From assembly GCA_039592335.1 (NCBI GenBank), contig JBDHBX010000013.1, forward strand, positions 3,616 through 67,615: 64,000 nucleotides of DNA. The letters run 5' to 3'. Shown here one piece after another: positions 37,815 through 50,276 of this stretch (positions are counted from its first letter, which is position 1; the number at the start of each line of letters is the position of its first letter). The position numbers were made by a program, and so were the translations under genes. The notes beneath the pieces are model-generated. The model was not told the DNA's origin. It ran no database searches and saw only the letters and a program-made list of their open reading frames with translations. Origin of the DNA: Gemmatimonadota bacterium (GTDB lineage: Bacteria; Gemmatimonadota; Gemmatimonadetes; Gemmatimonadales; GWC2-71-9).

Positions 37815-38615
37815 TCACTCCTCTCGTTCCTCTCGTTTGAGTGGCACGAACTGCGGCACCCCACGCCACTGCTCGACCTCCACCGGCCACGCGAACACTC
37901 GCTCCAGGATTTCGCGGCGCAGCACCTCGGGCGGCGTGCCCTGTGCGGCGATCCCACCCTCCTCCAACACGATCACGCGATCACCGAACCGGGCTGCCAG
38001 GTTCACGTGGTGCGTGACCAGCACCGCCGCCAGCCCCTCGCGCCGCACCAGCTCGGCCGTCAACTCGAAGACCTCCATCTCGTGGCGCAGGTCGAGGTTC
38101 GCCGTCGCCTCGTCCAGGACCAGCGCCTGCGGGTCCTGCGCCAGCGCACGGGCGATGCGCACCCGCTGCCACTCACCGCCGGAAAGCGTTGCCACCCAGC
38201 GGTCACGCAGGTGCAACACGTCGCACCGTTCGAGCGCGCGCTCCACCGCCTCGAGGTCGGCACCCCGCGCCGCCCGGAAGGGCCCCAGATGCGCGTAGCG
38301 ACCCAGGAGCACCGCCTGGTGTACGCGCAGCGGGAACACCGGCTCCTCCCGCTGCGCCACGACACCCACGAGTCGCGCCAGTTCCCTGCGGCGCCACCCG
38401 TGCGCCGCCCGCCCACCGGCGAGCACGGCGCCGTCACTGGGGCGCAGCACTCCAAGCAGCAACCTGAGTAGCGTCGTCTTGCCGCTCCCGTTGGGTCCCA
38501 CGATTGCCACCAGTTCGCCTCGCGGCACTGCGAGCGTCACGGCGCGCACCGCGTCGTCGTGCGCCGCCGGATAGCGGTACGACGCCTCGCGCGTCTCGAA
38601 GATCAGCTCGCCCAC
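37815..38615 (-). CDS. btuD: ABC transporter ATP-binding protein (FecE/BtuD family)
   Basis: Track ORF trimmed to GTG 38615, which overlaps the permease end by 13 nt. It has Walker A GPNGSGKTT, signature LSGGEWQR and Walker B LVLDEATANLD. Confidence 0.8.
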   Translation of the reverse strand: MGELIFETREASYRYPAAHDDAVRAVTLAVPRGELVAIVGPNGSGKTTLLRLLLGVLRPSDGAVLAGGRAAHGWRRRELARLVGVVAQREEPVFPLRVHQAVLLGRYAHLGPFRAARGADLEAVERALERCDVLHLRDRWVATLSGGEWQRVRIARALAQDPQALVLDEATANLDLRHEMEVFELTAELVRREGLAAVLVTHHVNLAARFGDRVIVLEEGGIAAQGTPPEVLRREILERVFAWPVEVEQWRGVPQFVPLKREEREE

Positions 38616-39574
38616 CGCCGCACCAGCCAGACAAAGACGGGGACACCGATGAGCGCGGTCACCACTCCCACCGGCAGCTCCAGCGGCGCAAAGGCCGTGC
38701 GCGCGACGGCATCGGCCACCACGAGCAGCGTTCCGCCCAACAGGAACGCGCCCGGCAACAAAGTGCGGTGAGAGTGGCCCCACAGGATGCGCATCGCGTG
38801 CGGGACGACGAGACCCACGAATCCGATGATCCCGGACACTGAAACCGCCGCTGCCGTGAGCAGCGAGGCCGACACGTAGAGCGCGCGCTTGGTGCGCTCG
38901 ACGTCGGCGCCGAGGAAGCGGGCCGGTTCCTCACCCAGCGCGAGCAGGTCGATCGGACGGGCCAGAGCGTAGAGCACCATCAGGGGAAGCAGCGCGTACG
39001 CCGCAAAGACACCGAGGCTGCGCCACGAGGCGCCGTCCAGGCTCCCCAGCAGCCAGAGCAGCGCGTTGCGCACCTCGGGCGCGGGCGAGAGCGCCATGAT
39101 GGCTCCCATGATGGAGGCGGCAAACGCCCCCACCACGACGCCCGCCAGCAGCAGCACACGCGTGTCGAGCATGCTGCCGCCCACGAGCGCGATGCGGTAC
39201 ACCAGCACGACCGCACCCAGCGCGCCAAGCAGCGCCGCGAAAGGCACGGCCCACGCTCCGCCCACACCGAGTGCTATGGCCGACACCGCACCCAATCCGG
39301 CACCGCCGGACAGTCCGAGGAGGTACGGGTCGGCGAGGGGATTGCGGACCAGCGCCTGCAGCGTCGCTCCGGTCACCGCGAGGCTGCCGCCGATCACGAA
39401 CGCGAGCAGCACGCGCGGAAGTCGCAGCTCCCGCACGATCGCTTGCGTCGCGGCATCGGCGCGGCCCGTCAGCGCCGCCCACACCTCGGGTACCGCGAGG
39501 TCCGCCGGCCCCACGGCCAGGGCGACCATGACGACCACGGTCGCCGCCGCCCCCAGCGCCAGCCAGCGCTTCAT
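38603..39574 (-). CDS. btuC: FecCD-family ABC permease (BtuC-like)
   Basis: Track ORF trimmed to ATG 39574 (ATGA overlap with the binding-protein gene). The protein is polytopic, with ...NPLADPYLLGLSGGAGLGAV... and ...GIIGFVGLVVPHAMR... Confidence 0.8.
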   Translation of the reverse strand: MKRWLALGAAATVVVMVALAVGPADLAVPEVWAALTGRADAATQAIVRELRLPRVLLAFVIGGSLAVTGATLQALVRNPLADPYLLGLSGGAGLGAVSAIALGVGGAWAVPFAALLGALGAVVLVYRIALVGGSMLDTRVLLLAGVVVGAFAASIMGAIMALSPAPEVRNALLWLLGSLDGASWRSLGVFAAYALLPLMVLYALARPIDLLALGEEPARFLGADVERTKRALYVSASLLTAAAVSVSGIIGFVGLVVPHAMRILWGHSHRTLLPGAFLLGGTLLVVADAVARTAFAPLELPVGVVTALIGVPVFVWLVRRWAS

Positions 39575-40449
39575 CGCGGCCACCCCCCGAGCGCCGCGCG
39601 CAGCTCCGCGATGGCCTGCGCCGCGCGGAACGAGGGGTGCGAGAAGTGGCTGCCGCGCACCGCGACAAACCGTCCCTCCTTCACGGCCTTCACCACCTGC
39701 CACTCGGGACGCCCGGCAAACGCCGGCTCGGAGTCGCCCTCGGTGAGGAGCACCACGTCGGGTGCGCGTGCCGCGATGGCCTCCAGGCTCACACTGCCCG
39801 AAGGCTGCCCCAGGTCGGCAAACACGTTGCGCGCCCCCGCGCGGCTCACGATCTCGCTCAGGAAGCTGGCACTCCCGATCACGATGGGCGGGTTGTCCCA
39901 GGCGAGCATCAGCACCGTGGCGGCGTCATCCGCCGGCGGCATCGAGACCGCCGCCAACTCCTGCTCGAAGGCCCGCACCAGCGTGCCGGCTCGCGCACTG
40001 TCGCCGGTGAGCTGCCCCAGCAGAAGCGCCGCCCGCGCCAAGTCGGCCAAGCCGTCCAGCTGCACGCTGACCGTGGGTATGCCCAGCCGCTCGAGCTGCG
40101 CGATCGCCGCGTCGTTCATTCCCGACTGATAGAACACGACCAGGTCGGGCCGCCGCGCAACGATCAGCTCCACGTTGGGATCCAGGCCGTCGCCCACGCT
40201 CTCCACTTCCAGGGCGTCGGGCGGGTCGGCACACCACCGCGTGCGACCCACGACCCGGTCACCCGCGCCGATCGCGAACAACAGCTCGGTGGTGGAGGGG
40301 GAAAGAGAGACGATGCGTCGCGCCGGCGCGTCGAGACGCACGGCGCGACCGGCGTCGTCGATGATCGGGCCGGATGAGGGAACCTCACCCGATCCGCACG
40401 CGCCGACGAGCGCTACGGCGAGCAGCGCCGCGCTAGCGTGCCGCAGCAA
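39571..40449 (-). CDS. btuF: Periplasmic substrate-binding lipoprotein (BtuF/class 8 SBP-like)
   Basis: 292 aa with a TTG 40449 start and lipobox LVGAC. ...RIVSLSPSTTELLFAIGAGDRVVG... is typical of the cobalamin/siderophore SBP family. It lies directly downstream of the cobalamin riboswitch. Confidence 0.75.
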   Translation of the reverse strand: MLRHASAALLAVALVGACGSGEVPSSGPIIDDAGRAVRLDAPARRIVSLSPSTTELLFAIGAGDRVVGRTRWCADPPDALEVESVGDGLDPNVELIVARRPDLVVFYQSGMNDAAIAQLERLGIPTVSVQLDGLADLARAALLLGQLTGDSARAGTLVRAFEQELAAVSMPPADDAATVLMLAWDNPPIVIGSASFLSEIVSRAGARNVFADLGQPSGSVSLEAIAARAPDVVLLTEGDSEPAFAGRPEWQVVKAVKEGRFVAVRGSHFSHPSFRAAQAIAELRAALGGWPR

Positions 40450-40460
40450 GAACGCTCACC

Positions 40461-40477
40461 CCTTCCGGAACGGAAGG
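40461..40477 (-). promoter_or_regulatory. RBS-sequestering hairpin of the riboswitch expression platform
   Basis: The minus-strand RNA CCTTCCG-TTC-CGGAAGG contains the only purine-rich SD-like run (GGAAGGGG), 12 nt before TTG 40449. Confidence 0.45.
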
Positions 40478-40551
40478 CTGTGAGCGGACGTGTTGAGTAG
40501 GCCTCGGTTGTCCATGCCCACCTGCCCCCCCGCGAGGGACCTTCTGGTGGC

Positions 40552-40692
40552 GCGAACGGGCGGCGTCTCCTGGCTTCGGGCGATCGGCTCGCCTTCCCGG
40601 TTTCCCAGTGGCACTTGAGCCGTACAGCAAGCCCGTTACAGTGGCGGGGCCGCGCCGGTCTCACACCGGCTTCCGCCTCCCACGCTCGCTAG
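40552..40692 (-). promoter_or_regulatory. Cobalamin (AdoCbl-type) riboswitch aptamer
   Basis: The minus-strand RNA reads GCGAGCGUGGGAGGCGGAAGCCGGUGUGAGACCGGCGCGGCCCCGCCACUGUAACGGG...GUGCCACUGGGAAACCGGGAAGGC...GAAGCCAGGAGACGCCGCCCGUUCGC. This contains the GGAA-CCGGUG-GCCACUG core and the B12 box (AGCCAGGAGAC). P1 is GCGAGCG/CGUUCGC. Confidence 0.88.
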
Positions 40693-40701
40693 TCTGTGTA
40701 T

Positions 40702-40730
40702 GCGCGGGGCCGGCACGGTGCCGGTCGCGC
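40702..40730 (-). terminator. GC-rich hairpin between the upstream membrane-protein gene and the riboswitch
   Basis: The minus-strand RNA is GCGCG-A-CCGGCA-CCG-UGCCGG-CCC-CGCGC, with no U-tract. It could be a terminator or an RNA-processing/stability element. Confidence 0.35.
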
Positions 40731-40742
40731 ATCGATCCAAGT

Positions 40743-41870
40743 CTACCCGCTCCCCCCGCGGCGCGCCAGGGCGGCCTTGAGCCGCGCCTTGAGCTCGGCG
40801 CGGTGGCGGCGGTAGTCGTCGGTCTCACGACCGGCGAACCGCGCATCGAGGGCAGAGATCTGCGCAGCGAGGCGCTCCGGATCTTCCGAGGTGGCCCTTA
40901 CCGGCAGGCGACCACGGTGCCCGCGCCACCACCACCCCACGCCACCCAGCAGCATGAGCGACACGAGCGGCACCACGATCCACAGGGGATCGAACGGCCG
41001 GCTGGACGGCGGGGCGAAGCGCACCGAGACCGGCGTGCCGGCGCCGACGCTGTCTGCCGCAAACCGGCGGAAACGCACTCCTTCGAGTTCCTCCCAATCG
41101 CGGAACGTCACACCCACCCCAACGACCTCGGCGTCCGTGTCCTCCACGAGCACGCTCAGGCGCTCCACGAACTGGTCGATCGGGATCAGGAGCTCGCGCA
41201 CGTCCGGCGGCACGAGGTAACCCACCAGGAACTGGCGCTCTCCCGGTGGCAGCGCCGCCAGCACGCCGAGCGTGTCACCCCGCTGAATGATCGCCTGATC
41301 ATTCAGCTCCCCCGCCCCGAACTCCAGGTTGGCGGCGTTCTCCGGCAACGCCACCTGCCATACGGGTCGGCTCGTGTCCGGGGCAACCCGGGTCCGGTCT
41401 CCACGGTTCGTGATCACGATGAGCTCGATAGCGCGCCGGCCCCCGGCTTCCGCGTCCGAGCGAATGATCACGTGCCGCTCCACCAGCTCGATCGGGGGGC
41501 TGGTCGAGGAGGTGTCATATACCAGCATCACGGGCATCGAGTCCACCGCGGCCCCCGAGGCGCGGAACGCCTCACCGAAGTAGTTGATGCCGGCGAAGCG
41601 CACGCTCACCAGGTAGGTCGCCACGCTGTCGAGGGTGGGCGCGGTGAGCGTGTAGCGCCCGGTCCGCGTCGTGCGCTGCGAGTCCACGGGGGCTCCGCCT
41701 TCGGCGCCTACGCGGTGCAGCACCGCCCACTCGCCGCGCAGCGCGGTCGAATCCCCCCCCGCGACGTGCAGTGCCCGCCCGGTCACACGAAAACCCTGAG
41801 CCTCGACGACTGTCGCGAGACCCAGGGCCGCGAGTCCGAGCAAGAATCCGTTACGGAGTGAACTTCCCAA
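40743..41870 (-). CDS. Hypothetical bitopic membrane protein (signal peptide, extracytoplasmic domain of about 300 aa, one TM, charged cytoplasmic tail)
   Basis: Track ORF 40743..41933. The start is probably TTG 41870, which gives MGSSLRNGFLLGLAALGLATVVEAQG. The C-terminal TM is LWIVVPLVSLMLLGGVGWWW, followed by a helical Arg/Glu-rich tail. I recognise no family. Confidence 0.55.
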   Translation of the reverse strand: MGSSLRNGFLLGLAALGLATVVEAQGFRVTGRALHVAGGDSTALRGEWAVLHRVGAEGGAPVDSQRTTRTGRYTLTAPTLDSVATYLVSVRFAGINYFGEAFRASGAAVDSMPVMLVYDTSSTSPPIELVERHVIIRSDAEAGGRRAIELIVITNRGDRTRVAPDTSRPVWQVALPENAANLEFGAGELNDQAIIQRGDTLGVLAALPPGERQFLVGYLVPPDVRELLIPIDQFVERLSVLVEDTDAEVVGVGVTFRDWEELEGVRFRRFAADSVGAGTPVSVRFAPPSSRPFDPLWIVVPLVSLMLLGGVGWWWRGHRGRLPVRATSEDPERLAAQISALDARFAGRETDDYRRHRAELKARLKAALARRGGSG

Positions 41871-42348
41871 AATCTTCCGGATCGAGGTTCTCCAGGTACG
41901 TCTTGAGCGAATCGGGATCCATGTCCTCCGCATCGGCGGACATGGGCTCCACGGTGTCGATGGACGTCAGCTCCAGCAGCCCCTCGTCGGTGAAAATCGG
42001 CGCCTTGAGCCGAAGCGCGACGGCAATGCTGTCCGACGGGCGGGCGTCTATCTGCACGACGTGGTCGTCCCGTTGCAGGTGCAGCTCGGCATAGTAGGTG
42101 TTGTCCTGCACGCGGCTGATGAGCACCCGCTCGAGATCGGCCCCGAGGCCGACGACGACCTGCTTCACCAGATCGTGCGTGAGCGGCCGGGAGAACTTCA
42201 CGCCGGCCAGCTCCATGGCGATGGCGCTGGCTTCCGCGGGCCCGATCCAGATTGGCAGCACACGCTCCCCTTCCTTCTCCTGCAGGATCACGACCGGCGT
42301 ATTGGTGGCCCGGTCGAGACCCAGGTGTGCCACCCGCACTTCAATCAT
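41851..42348 (-). CDS. Bifunctional nuclease family protein (DUF151/BFN)
   Basis: 165 aa. ...PVVILQEKEGERVLPIWIGPAEASAIAMEL...RPLTHDL...YYAELHL...IDARPSDSIALALR-type blocks are present. Confidence 0.75.
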   Translation of the reverse strand: MIEVRVAHLGLDRATNTPVVILQEKEGERVLPIWIGPAEASAIAMELAGVKFSRPLTHDLVKQVVVGLGADLERVLISRVQDNTYYAELHLQRDDHVVQIDARPSDSIAVALRLKAPIFTDEGLLELTSIDTVEPMSADAEDMDPDSLKTYLENLDPEDFGKFTP

Positions 42349-42354
42349 GCCGCC

Positions 42355-44935
<2,581 letters not shown>

Positions 44936-44964
44936 CAGGCTCTACCGCTGCGAGGAAAGTTCCG

Positions 44965-46773
44965 TCACGAACGTTGGAAAGTAGCCGAGCCATTCACCCC
45001 GGGCAACCGGCTCGCCTGCAGCAGGTTGAGATCGACGTACTTGGCAAGCTTCGCCTCGAGAGCGGCGTTGACTTCGGCGGTCGTGGCCGCCTGCAGGGCG
45101 CCTTCGGCGGCCGTCTCGGCCCCGCCCACCTCCACCTGGCGTACCAGCCAGCGGGCCAACGGCAGCGCGGGAGGAGAGAGGCTGAGGACGCGGTAGCCGA
45201 GCCCCAACAGCAGGAACGTGGAGATCGGATCCGACGCCATCTCGCCGCAGACGCTGGTCTCGATGCCCGCCGCGTTCCCGGCGTCCGCCACCAGCTTCAG
45301 AAGCTGGACGACGGCCGGGTGATGCGGCGTGAACCGCCCGGCCAGACGGGCGTTGCCGCGGTCGATCGCGAGCGTGTACTGGGTGAGGTCATTGGTGCCG
45401 ATGCTCAGGAACTCGACCCGTTCGGCAATTTGGGGTGCCAGTATGGCGGCGGCCGGGGTCTCGATCATCGCACCCACCGGCAACGTGTCGGCGGCCTCCA
45501 CGCCTTCCCGCTGGAGCGCCGCTATCTCCGCCCGCACCAACTCCAGCGCTTGATCGACTTCCTCCACCTGCGAGATCATCGGCAGCATGAGCTTCACGTC
45601 GCCGTGCACCCGTGCCCGGAGCAGCGCGCGGATCTGGGTGCGGAAGATCTCGGGATGGTCGAGGCAGACCCGAATGGCCCGCCAGCCGAGGAACGGGTTG
45701 GCCTCGGGCGGGGTCTGGAACGACGCCGGGAACTTGTCGCCGCCCACGTCGTAGCTGCGGATCACCACCGGATGCCCGGCGAACGTCTTCGCGACGCGAC
45801 TGAAGAATTCGGCCTCCTCCAGCTCGCCTGGCAGCTCGGTGCGCCCGAGCACCATGAACTCCGTGCGCAGCAGCCCGACTCCCTCCGCCCCGAACTGCAG
45901 CGTGGTCTCCACTTCTTCCGGCAGGTCGACGTTCCCCCGCAACGCCACCGCCACGCCATCCTTGGTGACGGCCGGCTCCCCGACCGCCTGTTCCATCTCC
46001 GCACCGAGCGCACGGCGGTACCCCTCCCACTCCCGCGCTTCCGCGGTCTCCTCCGGGCTGGGATCCAGCACCACGAGCCCGTGGGCCCCGTCGAGGATCA
46101 CCTCCATCCCGTCCTCGATCCGCTCCATCCCCTCCACGAGTCCCATGACACAGGGAATCCCGAGGCTCCGGGCGAGAATGGCCGCGTGCGCCGTGCGGGT
46201 GCCCTCCACGCTAGCGAAGCCCGCCACCTGCTCGCGCTCGAGCTGCACCGTGAGCCCTGGCGTGAGCTCGCGGGTGAACACGATGGCCGGGCGACCGGTG
46301 GGATCGTGCAGCGTGGCCGTCACCGACCGTCCCACGAGATGGTTCAGCACCGGCACCTGAATGCCGGCGATGTCGGCCACCCGCTGGCGCAGCTTGTAGC
46401 TGGACGACTGGGACCAGAGCGCGCGCATCTCGAGGGTCTTGAACTCGAACGCCCGCTCGGCACTCAGCTGGTTCTGCTGGATGAGGGTCTCGACTTCTCC
46501 GAGGAAGTCCTGATCTTCGAGCATCATGATTTGTGCGTCGAAGATCTTGGCCTCCTCGGGGCCGGCACGCTGTAGCGTCCGGTCCCGGAGGTCTTCCATG
46601 AGCTCCTGCACCGCGGCGACGGCGGCGTGCAGCCGCCCGATCTCCCGCGCGACCTCGTCGGGCGTCACCACGCGGCGCGTCACCGTGGGGATCTCCCACA
46701 ACACGAGCCGCGCCGGTCCGATGGCGATTCCCGGCGAGACGCCGACGCCGCGCAACCAGCGGTGGTTGGTCAT
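44965..46773 (-). CDS. ptsI: Phosphoenolpyruvate-protein phosphotransferase (PTS Enzyme I)
   Basis: 602 aa. It has the phospho-His region GTRTAHAAILARSLGIPCV and the PEP-utilising C-terminal TIM domain (...SIGTNDLTQYTLA...). Confidence 0.93.
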   Translation of the reverse strand: MTNHRWLRGVGVSPGIAIGPARLVLWEIPTVTRRVVTPDEVAREIGRLHAAVAAVQELMEDLRDRTLQRAGPEEAKIFDAQIMMLEDQDFLGEVETLIQQNQLSAERAFEFKTLEMRALWSQSSSYKLRQRVADIAGIQVPVLNHLVGRSVTATLHDPTGRPAIVFTRELTPGLTVQLEREQVAGFASVEGTRTAHAAILARSLGIPCVMGLVEGMERIEDGMEVILDGAHGLVVLDPSPEETAEAREWEGYRRALGAEMEQAVGEPAVTKDGVAVALRGNVDLPEEVETTLQFGAEGVGLLRTEFMVLGRTELPGELEEAEFFSRVAKTFAGHPVVIRSYDVGGDKFPASFQTPPEANPFLGWRAIRVCLDHPEIFRTQIRALLRARVHGDVKLMLPMISQVEEVDQALELVRAEIAALQREGVEAADTLPVGAMIETPAAAILAPQIAERVEFLSIGTNDLTQYTLAIDRGNARLAGRFTPHHPAVVQLLKLVADAGNAAGIETSVCGEMASDPISTFLLLGLGYRVLSLSPPALPLARWLVRQVEVGGAETAAEGALQAATTAEVNAALEAKLAKYVDLNLLQASRLPGVNGSATFQRS

Positions 46774-47069
46774 GCTTCGAGTTCTTCCTCGGTCAAGTAG
46801 TCCTCCGTCATGTCACGGCCGAGACACTCCACCAGCGCCTCGACCGCCCATTCGGCATCCTCCCCCTCGGCCCGCACGGTGACCTGGCTGCCGAACTCCG
46901 CGGCGAGCGTCATGACCCCCATGATGCTCTTCCCGTTGACCCACATCCCGTCCTTGCCCACCGAGATCTCCGCCTGGAACTTGCCCGCCAGCTTCACGAA
47001 CTCGGCAGCCGGACGGGCGTGTAAGCCCAGCCGGTTCTGGATGGTGGTGGTCTTCTCGACCACTACCAC
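46770..47069 (-). CDS. ptsH: Phosphocarrier protein HPr
   Basis: This is the frame of track ORF 46770..47747. GTG 47069 (or 47063) overlaps the IID stop. ...IQNRLGLHARPAAEF... carries the His-15 site, and ...GKSIMGVMTLA... carries the Ser-46-type site. Confidence 0.85.
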   Translation of the reverse strand: MVVVEKTTTIQNRLGLHARPAAEFVKLAGKFQAEISVGKDGMWVNGKSIMGVMTLAAEFGSQVTVRAEGEDAEWAVEALVECLGRDMTEDYLTEEELEA

Positions 47070-47800
47070 AGCCACCCCACGACCAGCGCGAGCGCAGCGG
47101 CCACGAGTCCAAAGCGGAGCGTCCCGAACGTCGGCACGATCCAGCGCGAGAACACGATCGCCAGCGCGGCGACCAGCCCGATGCTCAGGCGCGTGCGCAC
47201 CAGGAAATCCTCGGCCAGCCAGTCCGCGACCACGGGCAGCGCGAAGCCCACCGCCACGGCAGCCAGCGGTCCCACGACTCGGAGCCCACGCTGGATGCTG
47301 CCCGCCGTGAGCTCCTGCGCAATCGCCGGGCCGCTGCGCCATCCGGCGCGCAGCGCCCACCAGCGGATGGCAAGGTGGACCACGTTGTAAGCCACCAGGA
47401 AGCTCACGACACCGGCGAGCGGTGACACCGTGGCCATGACCACGAGCCCCACCCCGACGGCCGCCGGAAGCACGCCCGCCCACATGAGTCTGTCGCCCAC
47501 CGAGCCGAGCGGGCCGATGAGGGCATGCCGCAGACGTCGCACCTGGTCCCCGGGGAGCCCCTGGTGCTCGGCTCGCGCCACCGCGCCCACCGCCATGCCC
47601 CCCATGTACGGATGGGTGTTGAAGAACTGTGTGGCGCGGTGCATCGCCTCCCGGTAACGCGCTCCTTCTCGTCCTCCGGGGAGATCCCGCAGCAGCGGTT
47701 CGGATGCGTGCGCCATCCCGACCCCGACCATGCGGTCGTAATTCCACGACGCTTGGAGCAGCAGCGTGCGCATCAATGCGCTGGCGAACCTGGCGTTCAT
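47063..47800 (-). CDS. PTS mannose/fructose/sorbose-family IID component
   Basis: 245 aa. ...LLLQASWNYDRMVGVGMAH... and ...FNTHPYMGGMAVGAV... are IID signatures. Confidence 0.8.
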   Translation of the reverse strand: MNARFASALMRTLLLQASWNYDRMVGVGMAHASEPLLRDLPGGREGARYREAMHRATQFFNTHPYMGGMAVGAVARAEHQGLPGDQVRRLRHALIGPLGSVGDRLMWAGVLPAAVGVGLVVMATVSPLAGVVSFLVAYNVVHLAIRWWALRAGWRSGPAIAQELTAGSIQRGLRVVGPLAAVAVGFALPVVADWLAEDFLVRTRLSIGLVAALAIVFSRWIVPTFGTLRFGLVAAALALVVGWLW

Positions 47801-48465
47801 GTCACGAACACCCAGGCAACACCGGCCAGCACCCCCGCCGCGAACCAGCGCAGGTGCACACCCCGGCCACTGAGACGCATCCCACCGGTGGCCCCTGCCC
47901 CGAGCGCTGCGCCAATGAGCACCAGCGTGACCAACACGGCGCCTCGTACCGTCACCGGCGGCCAGCGATACACCAGCGCCGCGATGCCGAGCCCGAGGGC
48001 CGTGACTACCGCCGAGCGCAGGGCGTCGCGCATCAAACCCCGCAGCTGCGTGCCCCGCACGACCGCCGCGTTGCCTGCGTCGAGCGCGTCACGTCGGTAG
48101 CGCACGTCGGCCGTGTTGAGACCTCGCACGGCCCGGATTCCCACCTCTCCCAGATACGCCACGCCAAGGCCGACGCACACGCCCACTCCCGTGCCGAGCG
48201 CGCCCGGTGCGCCCGCCGCGGTCGCGGCGGCCGCGACCGCTCCCAGCCCATAATCGGGGTAGCGCACGGCGCCCACCGGAAGCACGTCCAAGGCAAACAG
48301 CTCCAGCACCGCACCGACGGTGGCGCCGCCGATGGGATCGCCGGCGATCGCGCCTGCCACCGTCCCCGCCACCAGCGGCCGGGCGATCATCACCTGGCCG
48401 ACGCTCACGAGATCGAGCCCTACCACCGTTCCCCAGAGGAACAGCCACGCCAAGGTCTCGATCAT
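47797..48465 (-). CDS. PTS mannose-family IIC component
   Basis: Track ORF trimmed to ATG 48465. ATGA-type overlaps occur on both sides. It is a 222-aa polytopic protein between IIB and IID. Confidence 0.7.
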   Translation of the reverse strand: MIETLAWLFLWGTVVGLDLVSVGQVMIARPLVAGTVAGAIAGDPIGGATVGAVLELFALDVLPVGAVRYPDYGLGAVAAAATAAGAPGALGTGVGVCVGLGVAYLGEVGIRAVRGLNTADVRYRRDALDAGNAAVVRGTQLRGLMRDALRSAVVTALGLGIAALVYRWPPVTVRGAVLVTLVLIGAALGAGATGGMRLSGRGVHLRWFAAGVLAGVAWVFVT

Positions 48466-48935
48466 GTAAAGTCCCCCAGCGGCACTGCCCTGGCCGTGGG
48501 AACGTCTTGCGCCGTGACCTCGACGCCCGCCTCGGACAGCGCGCGCAGTTGCTGCACCTCCTCGTCGGACAGATACACGTACGACAGTCGCTGCGACCGC
48601 GTGGTACCGTCGTGCACCCCACCCACGTTCACCTTCCGGATGTGCTCCGTGCGGCTGCAGAGCAGCACGATCGTATCCACGTCGCCCACCAGCAGGATCG
48701 TGCGTTGCCGCTCGCCGTTCCACTGCTCCACCAGCTCGACCGCCTCGTCCACCGAGGCAAAGTCAAGCGCCAGCCCGGGAGGCACGCTCAGCCGGTACAG
48801 CTCACGCTCCCACTCGTTGGCTCTCACCTCGTCGTCCACCAGCACGATGCGCTGCACGCCGAGCGCCTGCACCCACCCCACGACTACCTGTCCATGAATC
48901 AGGCGGTCGTCCACGCGCACCAACACGATGCTCAT
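48462..48935 (-). CDS. PTS mannose-family IIB component
   Basis: Track ORF trimmed to ATG 48935 (ATGA overlap). [17 protein letters not shown] carries the IIB-Man phospho-His motif. Confidence 0.82.
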   Translation of the reverse strand: MSIVLVRVDDRLIHGQVVVGWVQALGVQRIVLVDDEVRANEWERELYRLSVPPGLALDFASVDEAVELVEQWNGERQRTILLVGDVDTIVLLCSRTEHIRKVNVGGVHDGTTRSQRLSYVYLSDEEVQQLRALSEAGVEVTAQDVPTARAVPLGDFT

Positions 48936-49312
48936 GAGGTGACGGAGCGAATCCCGCGACTCCCCGCAGCCGCCGCGCGCTCCGCCGCCGCCGCGGGCGA
49001 GAGATCGCGGTGATACACGAAGTCGAGGAGCATGGGGAGGTTCACGCCGGCCACCACCGCCACGTCGCCCCGCTCGTGCAGCTCCTTCAGCACTGCGAGG
49101 AAACAGCTCCCGGCCGGCATGTCCACGAACACGACCGCCGCATCGTCGCCGACGGCGGTGGCCACGTTGGCACACAGCGTATCACGGCTGGTGCCCAGGT
49201 TGCTCAGCGCGACCAGACCATCCTGCTCACCTGTGATGCCCCGCACCGCATCGACGAGCGCCTGTGCAACGCCGGCGTGCGACACCACGACGCCCTTGAG
49301 CCCCTCACTCAT
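48932..49312 (-). CDS. PTS mannose-family IIA component
   Basis: 126 aa. ...[13 protein letters not shown]... carries the N-terminal phospho-His, and ...VFVDMPAGS... is present. Confidence 0.75.
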   Translation of the reverse strand: MSEGLKGVVVSHAGVAQALVDAVRGITGEQDGLVALSNLGTSRDTLCANVATAVGDDAAVVFVDMPAGSCFLAVLKELHERGDVAVVAGVNLPMLLDFVYHRDLSPAAAAERAAAAGSRGIRSVTS

Positions 49313-50273
49313 AATCTTCGGACAGATACTCCCGCAGCTCGGCCTGCTTGGCCATGTGCTGGATGAGTCGGTCGTTGAACTGCTTGGCGGAGTCGACGCC
49401 GCTGTACCGCAGCAGGTGGTTCATGGCCACGACCTCACAGATCACCGTGAGGTTCTTACCCGGGTTCAGGGGGATGACCACGAGTGGGAGCTCGACGTCG
49501 AGCAGATTGGTGGTCTGCCCGGCGAGGCCGGTGCGCTCGAAGTCCCGCTCGGATTCCCAGTCCACGAGCTCAACCACGACCTCGATGCGCTTCTGCTGCC
49601 GCACCGAGCGCACGCCAAAGAGCGACATGATATCGACGAGACCCACCCCCCGAATCTCCATGTAGCGGTGCGCCAACTCATCGGATTTCCCGATCAGCAC
49701 GTCGCCCCCCCGATGCGTGAGGTGCACGACGTCGTCCGCAACGAGCCGATGCCCACGCTCCACCAAGTCGAGCACGCACTCGCTCTTGCCGATCCCGCTG
49801 CGCCCAATGAAGAGGAGACCGACGCCGTACACATCGGCCAGCGAGGCGTGCAGGGTCGTGCTCGGCGCGAATACCTCGGTGAGGTAGGGGGAGATCCGCC
49901 GATAGAACTCGGCGGTCTTCAGGTCGGTGCGGATGACGGGAATGCCGCGCTCCTTGCCCAGCCGGGTCAGCTCGCGCGGCACCGCCTGCCCCTTGGTGAC
50001 GAACACGCAAGGGAGGTCGTACCCCATGAAGATCTCGACCGATTTACGGCGCTCCTCCGGCGAGAGCGAGCGGAGGTACGCGACCTCCGTCTGCCCCACC
50101 GCATAGATCCGCTCGGGCGCGAACCGGGCCGTGAAACCGGCGAACACCAAGCCGGGGCTGGAGACTTCCGGTACCGTGATCTCCCGGTCGAGCCCCTCTT
50201 CGCCGGTGAGGACTTCCAGGCGCAGCGAATCGCCCTTGCGCTCGAGTATGTCCCGTACGGTTAGCTGCGGCAT
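49305..50273 (-). CDS. hprK: HPr kinase/phosphorylase
   Basis: 322 aa. It has the P-loop GRSGIGKSE, ...ADDVV... and ...[12 protein letters not shown].... Confidence 0.92.
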   Translation of the reverse strand: MPQLTVRDILERKGDSLRLEVLTGEEGLDREITVPEVSSPGLVFAGFTARFAPERIYAVGQTEVAYLRSLSPEERRKSVEIFMGYDLPCVFVTKGQAVPRELTRLGKERGIPVIRTDLKTAEFYRRISPYLTEVFAPSTTLHASLADVYGVGLLFIGRSGIGKSECVLDLVERGHRLVADDVVHLTHRGGDVLIGKSDELAHRYMEIRGVGLVDIMSLFGVRSVRQQKRIEVVVELVDWESERDFERTGLAGQTTNLLDVELPLVVIPLNPGKNLTVICEVVAMNHLLRYSGVDSAKQFNDRLIQHMAKQAELREYLSEDYE

Positions 50274-50276
50274 GCC

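Noticed and set aside
44936-44964. SAM riboswitch upstream of metK, and likewise an FMN riboswitch upstream of ribD at about 55523
   Set aside because: Only 29 nt separate metK from ptsI, and ribD overlaps purM. There is no room for an aptamer.
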